From a virus (taxonomy: Duplodnaviria > Heunggongvirae > Uroviricota > Caudoviricetes), in the IMG/VR virus record IMGVR_UViG_2695420643_000018, positions 1-4,765 of that record: a stretch of DNA of 4,765 nucleotides, one strand, 5' to 3'. Numbering within the stretch: position 1 is the first letter of the stretch; each line of letters begins with the position of its first letter. The notes under the pieces were generated by a model. That model made no database searches and had not been told where the DNA came from. It saw nothing but the letters and a program-made list of their open reading frames with translations. Below, one piece after another: positions 1-4,765 of this stretch. A program made the translations under genes and the position numbers.

Positions 1-393
1 ATAATCCCCGGAGAAAGTCGACACACGGCTGTAAGCCACACCCGCCATCGCATACGCGCTGAACCATTCATTCACGCGCACAGACGGCCCCGCCATTACG
101 CTGAACCAGCGGTTACGCACGGAATCTTCATGCCAGCGGGTATCGCTGTAACGGGTAAGCTGGCGATTCTTGTCTCCTGCATAGCTGAATGACGTCACCA
201 GCCCCAGCGTGTCCGTGAATTCATAACGGTATTTCACGTTAATCCCGTTAAGATTATCGCTACCGGGAGCGTTCGTCCGGGCATGAAGATACCCCGCGCT
301 CAGCGTGGCCTGCTGCTCAGACGCCCATGCAGGCGCACCGGATACGGTCAGACAAATGGCTGCGGACAAAATGGCGGCATAAAGTTTACGCAT
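1..393 (-). CDS. lom: Lom outer membrane protein (Ail/Lom/PagC/OmpX family), 3'-partial; 131 N-terminal codons in window
   Basis: Hand translation of the minus strand from the ATG at 393..391 gives [131 protein letters not shown], near-identical to phage lambda Lom as I recall it. It has a Sec-type signal peptide with an AWA/S cleavage motif. A GAGAGG Shine-Dalgarno sits 5 nt upstream. The position immediately downstream of J matches lambda gene order. The frame is open to the window edge. Confidence 0.95.
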
Positions 394-398
394 AATTA

Positions 399-404
399 CC
401 TCTC
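399..404 (-). promoter_or_regulatory. Shine-Dalgarno (GAGAGG) for lom
   Basis: Minus strand reads aaaagcGAGAGGtaattATG, with 5-nt spacing to the lom start codon. Confidence 0.6.
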
Positions 405-417
405 GCTTTTCTGCAAT

Positions 418-443
418 AAAAAAAGGCGTCATTTCTGACGCCC
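418..443 (-). terminator. Rho-independent terminator between J and lom
   Basis: Minus strand reads GGGCGTCA-GAAA-TGACGCC followed by TTTTTTTAT: a 7-bp perfect GC-rich stem, GAAA tetraloop and 7-T tract, about 20 nt after the J stop codon. The plus-strand version has no T tract, so it is unidirectional. Confidence 0.65.
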
Positions 444-460
444 GTTCTGGGTTATAAAAT

Positions 461-3400
461 TCAGCTGATACTGATACCTGCTGTGGATTTTTTCATCACC
501 ACAACCAGCAGATCGCTGATACTTGCTGTGGGATACCAGTTATTTACCAGCCATGCTGACACCGAAAACTCCAGCGTCATGTGACCGTGACCGGCAGGCA
601 TATCAATAACGCCACTGTAAATCAGCGTATTATCCAGCGCGGTACGGTTATAAATTTCAGCACCGTTTTTCCGCACTATCAGACGGCATGAGGAGTAAAT
701 ATCAGTATGCTCTCTCTCATGTTTAGCGCCGCTGAATGCCACCGCCGGAATAACAATTTGCCGGTCAAACGGCTGATCGTCATAAACCCTGACGGTAATG
801 GTCCCTGATGGCCACCGCTCCGGTGCACGGGAATCCCGGGGGAAAGCTTTGCCCACTGTTTTAACGAGATCGCCTTCAATCTGGTTCGCGGACAGTTTTC
901 CCAGAACCCGACAGTTCTCGTTAATCGTGACGTTGTTGAGCGTCCCGGAATTCGCATTCACGTTACCGCTGATATCAGCATTTCTTGCGGTCAGCCTGCC
1001 CTCCGGCGTCAGGGAAAACGTCGGGGGATTGCCGGACGAGGTGATACTCACCGCAAACAGCCGCTTCAGGAACACGTCGTTCATGAACAGCTGATTCCCC
1101 TGCGCCACAAATAACGGAGTGCTGTTGCCGCTCTCCGGATTTATCATCGCGATACGGTCAGCCAGCAGCAGTATGTTGCTCAGTGGCTGGCCATCAGTAT
1201 CCTCAATCCCTGCACCAATCCCGGCCACATAGGGTATGCCATTTTTTGTTTTCTGTACCTTCAGCATGTAAAGTGCAGCAAGGTCATCATTTGTGTCCTT
1301 CTGCACGCGCTGTATCTGCTGTATGGTGGCGCTCTGGTCCTCCAGCGTTTTACTGACCGTCTGTGTGATTTCATTGCGGGTTTCGGTGATGGAGGTCTTC
1401 ATCTCCGCCATCTCATCCGCAAGCTGGCTGTTGTCTATCAGCTCCCACAGCCCCTGAGCCAGATGCAGTTTTCCTATTTTTTCCCGAAACAGCCCCAGAT
1501 ACCCTTCTGCATCATTGCTGGCCCGGCCACTGGCTTCCACAAAAGCAGATTTCCCCACCAGGTTGACGCTGCGCACGTAAAACCAGAAATCCTTCCCGGG
1601 CTTAATGTGCGGGCCGGATACACTCCACTGACTGCCGGTCCCCAGATAACGGGCAGAGGTTTCCACCTGAGATGTATCTGCGATTTTTGTCTCCGAAAAC
1701 CAGAACTCAAACTGTACCGTCGGGTCATACACCGCAAGACGCGGGACCGCNTTAAAAATCTCCTGACCATTGCGGGTCACTCTTAACCGGCAGGTTGAAT
1801 ACCAGTATGACTGTTGGTTATTACTGTTGAAATTCTCATGCTTACCACCGCGGAATAACACTGGCGGTATCATGACCTGCCGGTCAAACTTCTGATCATC
1901 ACTGATTCTTACCGTGATGGTGCCACTGGCATAAGTGCTCGTGCGGGGGAAAGACTTGCTGACCGTTTTGACAATATCGCCTTCAATCTGGTTGGCTGAC
2001 AGTTTCCCCTTAATCTGACAGTTCTCATTAATCGTGACGTTGTTGAGCGTCCCTGAGTTCGCATTCACACTGCCACTGATATCCGCATTTTTCGCCGTCA
2101 GTCGCCCGTCCGGCGTCAGGGAAAATGCCGGAGGATTGCCGGATGACGTGATGCTCACCGCAAACAGTCGTTTCAGGAACACGTCGTTCATGAACAGCTG
2201 ATTCCCCTGCGCCACAAATAACGGAGTGCTGTTGCCGCTCTCCGGATTTATCATCGCGATACGGTCAGCCAGCAGCAGTATGTTGCTCAGTGGCTGGCCA
2301 TCAGTATCCTCAATCCCTGCACCAATCCCGGCCACATAGGGAATGCCGTCTTTCGTTTTTTGAACCTTCAGCATGTACAGCGCAGCCAGGTCATCATTTG
2401 TGTCCTTCTGCACGCGCTGTATCTGCTGAATGGTGGCGCTCTGGTCTTCCAGCGTTTTACTGACCGTCTGTGTGATTTCATTGCGGGTTTCGGTGATGGT
2501 GGTCTTCATCTCCGCCATCTCATCCGCAAGCTGGCTGTTGTCTATCAGCTCCCATAGCCCCTGAGCCAGATGCAGTTTTCCTATTTTTTCCCGGAAAAAT
2601 TCCAGATACCCTTCACCATCATTGCCGGGCTGCCCGCTGACTTCCACAAACGCAGATTTCCCCACCAGGTTGACGCTGCGCACGTAAAACCAGAAATCCT
2701 TCCCGGGCTTAATGTGCGGGCCGGATACACTCCACTGACTGCCGGTCCCCAGATAACGGGCAGAGGTTTCCACCTGAGATGTATCTGCGATTTTTGTCTC
2801 CGAAAACCAGAACTCAAACTGTACCGTCGGGTCATACACCGCAAGACGCGGGACCGCTGTTATCTGAAAATAGCCCGGTGTCAGCTCAATCGTGGCGGGT
2901 ACCGCAGGTGCATTAATCCTGAACGTGGTGGTGGCCGGTTCCCCCTGCTGGCCATAACTGTTAATCGCCCTGACCGTCAGGGTGTATTCCCCCGGCGGCA
3001 GACCGCTGAAACGGTGCTCTGTATCCGCGGTGATGGCGGTGGTCACCAGACGGCTGTCCTGACCGCTTCCACTGGTCAGGCGCAGACTGAAGCGCACGCC
3101 CTTCACCACCCGCGGCGTGTCCCATTTCGCCTGCGCCAGATACTGGCCGTCAGCTGCACTCACCTCCACCGTCAGGTGCTGCACTGCCGGAGGGATGACG
3201 CTGTTCAGTGAGCCGGACATCGGCTCAAAGCGGGCCCCGTTATCCACAATGGCTTCTTTTTCCGGCACATGCTGCACCGCCGTGATGGCAAAGGTGCCGT
3301 CCGTGTTTTCCCGGATGGAAACACAGCGGAACAGGCGACGACGCAGTGACGGCAGGGAGAGTCCCCACACACCGTATGTCGCCACGCCATCCGGCAGGGT

Positions 3401-4765
3401 ACTGACCTGTATCCGGTCCGGCGCGGGGTGTGCGGTGATGTCCACACTCACCGGCTTACCGCTGCCGTTAATCAGGTTCACCGTCGATGTACCTGTCTCC
3501 GGCAGTGTCACCTCACGGTCCAGCGTCAGGGTGCGGCTGGCGGCATCAATGGACAGGACACGTCCGCCGGTCATGGTCCCGGCATAGTCGTTATCACAGA
3601 TTTCAATAATGTCACCGGGTGTGTGACGCAGCCCCTGTGACCCGAGCGTGAAATCCACCGTCTGCGTTTCCAGCAGTCCGGTCTTTATCACCCACAGCCC
3701 GGCACGGTGGGCCTGACCGCGACTGGTGCAGCCGAACGCATCCATCTTCAGCAGGTTGCGCCCGTAGCGCAGTATGGCTTCCGGGTCTTCCACCAGTTCC
3801 GTGGAGGTCTGCCAGCCGTTCTGCGGGTCGGTGTAATTCACCTCCACCGCCGTGTGGCGGTCCTTCAGGGCNNNNNNNNNNNNNNNNNNNNNNNNACCAC
3901 TGAAACGATGCTCTGTATCCGCAGTGATGGCGGTGGTCACNTCTGCGATTTTTGTCTCCGAAAACCAGAACTCAAACTGTACCGTCGGGTCATACACCGC
4001 AAGACGCGGGACCGCTGTTATCTGAAAATAGCCCGGTGTCAGCTCAATCGTGGCGGGTACCGCAGGTGCATTAATCCTGAACGTGGTGGTGGCCGGTTCC
4101 CCCTGCTGGCCATAACTGTTAATCGCCCTGACCGTCAGGGTGTATTCCCCCGGCGGCAGACCGCTGAAACGGTGCTCTGTATCCGCGGTGATGGCGGTGG
4201 TCACCAGACGGCTGTCCTGACCGCTTCCACTGGTCAGGCGCAGACTGAAGCGCACGCCCTTCACCACCCGCGGCGTGTCCCATTTCGCCTGCGCCAGATA
4301 CTGGCCGTCAGCTGCACTCACCTCCACCGTCAGGTGCTGCACTGCCGGAGGGATGACGCTGTTCAGTGAGCCGGACATCGGCTCAAAGCGGGCCCCGTTA
4401 TCCACAATGGCTTCTTTTTCCGGCACATGCTGCACCGCCGTGATGGCAAAGGTGCCGTCCGTGTTTTCCCGGATGGAAACACAGCGGAACAGGCGACGAC
4501 GCAGTGACGGCAGGGAGAGTCCCCACACACCGTATGTCGCCACGCCATCCGGCAGGGTACTGACCTGTATCCGGTCCGGCGCGGGGTGTGCGGTGATGTC
4601 CACACTCACCGGCTTACCGCTGCCGTTAATCAGGTTCACCGTCGATGTACCTGTCTCCGGCAGTGTCACCTCACGGTCCAGCGTCAGGGTGCGGCTGGCG
4701 GCATCAATGGACAGGACACGTCCGCCGGTCATGGTCCCGGCATAGTCGTTATCACAGATTTCAAT
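461..4765 (-). CDS. J: Host specificity protein J (lambda gpJ-like tail tip / central tail fibre), 5'-partial; reading frame as given contains two in-frame duplicated blocks and N-gaps, likely chimeric
   Basis: One continuous minus-strand frame runs from the window edge to the TGA at 463..461. The ATG at 4732 is internal (upstream codons [11 protein letters not shown] are in frame). The translation matches my recollection of lambda gpJ at [39 protein letters not shown]...[18 protein letters not shown], the FN3-like blocks ([27 protein letters not shown]), [71 protein letters not shown] and the C-terminus ...[11 protein letters not shown] (lambda ...IKKQALGISVV). Lom lies directly downstream, as in lambda. 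Confidence 0.85.
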   Translation of the reverse strand: MEICDNDYAGTMTGGRVLSIDAASRTLTLDREVTLPETGTSTVNLINGSGKPVSVDITAHPAPDRIQVSTLPDGVATYGVWGLSLPSLRRRLFRCVSIRENTDGTFAITAVQHVPEKEAIVDNGARFEPMSGSLNSVIPPAVQHLTVEVSAADGQYLAQAKWDTPRVVKGVRFSLRLTSGSGQDSRLVTTAITADTEHRFSGLPPGEYTLTVRAINSYGQQGEPATTTFRINAPAVPATIELTPGYFQITAVPRLAVYDPTVQFEFWFSETKIAXVTTAITADTEHRFSGXXXXXXXXALKDRHTAVEVNYTDPQNGWQTSTELVEDPEAILRYGRNLLKMDAFGCTSRGQAHRAGLWVIKTGLLETQTVDFTLGSQGLRHTPGDIIEICDNDYAGTMTGGRVLSIDAASRTLTLDREVTLPETGTSTVNLINGSGKPVSVDITAHPAPDRIQVSTLPDGVATYGVWGLSLPSLRRRLFRCVSIRENTDGTFAITAVQHVPEKEAIVDNGARFEPMSGSLNSVIPPAVQHLTVEVSAADGQYLAQAKWDTPRVVKGVRFSLRLTSGSGQDSRLVTTAITADTEHRFSGLPPGEYTLTVRAINSYGQQGEPATTTFRINAPAVPATIELTPGYFQITAVPRLAVYDPTVQFEFWFSETKIADTSQVETSARYLGTGSQWSVSGPHIKPGKDFWFYVRSVNLVGKSAFVEVSGQPGNDGEGYLEFFREKIGKLHLAQGLWELIDNSQLADEMAEMKTTITETRNEITQTVSKTLEDQSATIQQIQRVQKDTNDDLAALYMLKVQKTKDGIPYVAGIGAGIEDTDGQPLSNILLLADRIAMINPESGNSTPLFVAQGNQLFMNDVFLKRLFAVSITSSGNPPAFSLTPDGRLTAKNADISGSVNANSGTLNNVTINENCQIKGKLSANQIEGDIVKTVSKSFPRTSTYASGTITVRISDDQKFDRQVMIPPVLFRGGKHENFNSNNQQSYWYSTCRLRVTRNGQEIFXAVPRLAVYDPTVQFEFWFSETKIADTSQVETSARYLGTGSQWSVSGPHIKPGKDFWFYVRSVNLVGKSAFVEASGRASNDAEGYLGLFREKIGKLHLAQGLWELIDNSQLADEMAEMKTSITETRNEITQTVSKTLEDQSATIQQIQRVQKDTNDDLAALYMLKVQKTKNGIPYVAGIGAGIEDTDGQPLSNILLLADRIAMINPESGNSTPLFVAQGNQLFMNDVFLKRLFAVSITSSGNPPTFSLTPEGRLTARNADISGNVNANSGTLNNVTINENCRVLGKLSANQIEGDLVKTVGKAFPRDSRAPERWPSGTITVRVYDDQPFDRQIVIPAVAFSGAKHEREHTDIYSSCRLIVRKNGAEIYNRTALDNTLIYSGVIDMPAGHGHMTLEFSVSAWLVNNWYPTASISDLLVVVMKKSTAGISIS
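1081..1750 (-). repeat. Direct repeat (downstream copy) of the J C-terminal-half segment, variant B, leading into the intact C-terminus
   Basis: Partner of 2188..2857. It begins immediately after the single N at 1751 with codons [18 protein letters not shown], which belong to the end of the 825-bp block. Confidence 0.85.
2188..2857 (-). repeat. Direct repeat (upstream copy) of the J C-terminal-half segment, variant A
   Basis: Aligns to 1081..1750 at a constant offset of 1107 nt (= 369 codons). Several 60-nt blocks are identical, including a fully identical core 2668..2857 = 1561..1750; other blocks carry scattered substitutions. Homology continues with lower identity toward the C-terminus (about 1827..2187 vs 720..1080). 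Confidence 0.85.
2784..3607 (-). repeat. Direct repeat copy (lower) of an 825-bp J segment covering an FN3-like domain; apparently 100% identical to 3942..4765
   Basis: Comparison by eye in 60-nt blocks at a constant offset of 1158 nt (= 386 codons) found no mismatch. The same antisense ORFs recur at this offset in the supplied ORF track (3117..3587 = 4275..4745; 3205..3447 = 4363..4605). Confidence 0.9.
3872..3895. other. Run of 24 N (gap or masked bases) inside the J reading frame
   Basis: Exactly 24 undetermined bases (8 codons). Known J sequence resumes at 3871 (ALKDRH...); a 45-bp out-of-context fragment sits on the other side. Confidence 0.95.
3896..3940 (-). other. 45-bp orphan fragment of an FN3-domain coding segment, bounded by Ns
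   Basis: accactgaaacgatgctctgtatccgcagtgatggcggtggtcac differs at only 3 positions from 3006..3050 and 4164..4208 (minus-strand [15 protein letters not shown]). It is placed N-terminal to the ALKDRH segment, where my recollection of lambda gpJ has N-terminal-domain sequence (...FRYSFS) rather than an FN3 strand. Confidence 0.7.
3942..4765 (-). repeat. Direct repeat copy (upper) of the 825-bp J segment; runs to the window edge
   Basis: Identical to 2784..3607 at offset 1158. Identity starts immediately after the single N at 3941. The copy may continue beyond the window. Confidence 0.9.

Noticed and set aside
444-470. Possible -10-like hexamer (TATAAC on the minus strand) just after the J stop, as a lom promoter
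   Set aside because: There is no convincing -35 element at the right spacing, and a transcript starting there would begin inside the terminator hairpin. It cannot be supported from sequence alone.
679-957. Minus-strand nested ORFs in alternative frames (679..957, 1474..1770, 2581..2844, 3205..3447, 4363..4605)
   Set aside because: They lie wholly inside the well-supported J frame in a different phase, with biased Arg/Ser/Trp-rich composition. I see no evidence of overlapping genes.
461-2857. Diversity-generating retroelement (template/variable repeat pair) acting on the J C-terminus
   Set aside because: Differences between the two copies include all substitution types and are not restricted to adenine positions. 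The repeats are about 1 kb rather than about 100 bp, and there is no reverse transcriptase gene in the window.
2570-3211. Plus-strand ORFs 2570..3211 (213 aa) and 3707..4369 (220 aa), plus 3117..3587 and 4275..4745 (156 aa, identical), 1463..1786, 798..1094, 2360..2557 and 3428..3640
   Set aside because: All are antisense to the J reading frame. They are Arg/Cys/His/Pro-rich low-complexity translations typical of the reverse strand of a GC-rich gene, and they recur only because the underlying DNA is duplicated. None has a recognisable family resemblance.
4730-4732. ATG at 4732 as the J start codon, as implied by the ORF track
   Set aside because: The frame stays open upstream to the window edge (codons [11 protein letters not shown] precede the Met), and the same Met is internal in the lower repeat copy. 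The true start lies beyond the window.
1081-4765. Invertible host-range switch (Mu G / P1 C type, Gin/Cin shufflon)
   Set aside because: The repeated segments are in direct, not inverted, orientation. I see no short inverted crossover sites and no recombinase gene in the window.
1-4765. CRISPR array, tRNA or rRNA, or insertion sequence
   Set aside because: There are no short regularly spaced repeats, no tRNA-like sequence and no terminal inverted repeats or transposase-like ORF. The repeats present are long coding-sequence duplications.

Overview
This window is the right end of a lambda-like prophage tail module, all encoded on the minus strand: a 5'-partial host specificity protein J gene (461..4765), a 67-bp intergenic spacer with a hairpin plus T-tract terminator, and the first 131 codons of lom (393..1). 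I recognise both proteins from the translations, using recalled lambda sequences rather than any search. The J region is not a clean gene: it carries two in-frame direct duplications and three N-marked junctions. One is an exact 825-bp copy (2784..3607 = 3942..4765, offset 1158). The other is a diverged second copy of the C-terminal half (about 1081..1750 vs 2188..2857, offset 1107), so two different receptor-binding C-terminal variants sit in tandem; the upstream one lacks its last ~62 codons and stop. Ns sit exactly at the junctions (1751, 3872..3895, 3941), and a 45-bp out-of-place FN3 fragment lies between two of them. I think the most likely explanation is a chimeric or mis-threaded assembly across several lambdoid J alleles; a real tandem-duplicated receptor-binding cassette is the less likely but more interesting alternative. 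All plus-strand ORFs are antisense artefacts. I see no CRISPR array, RNA gene or insertion sequence.
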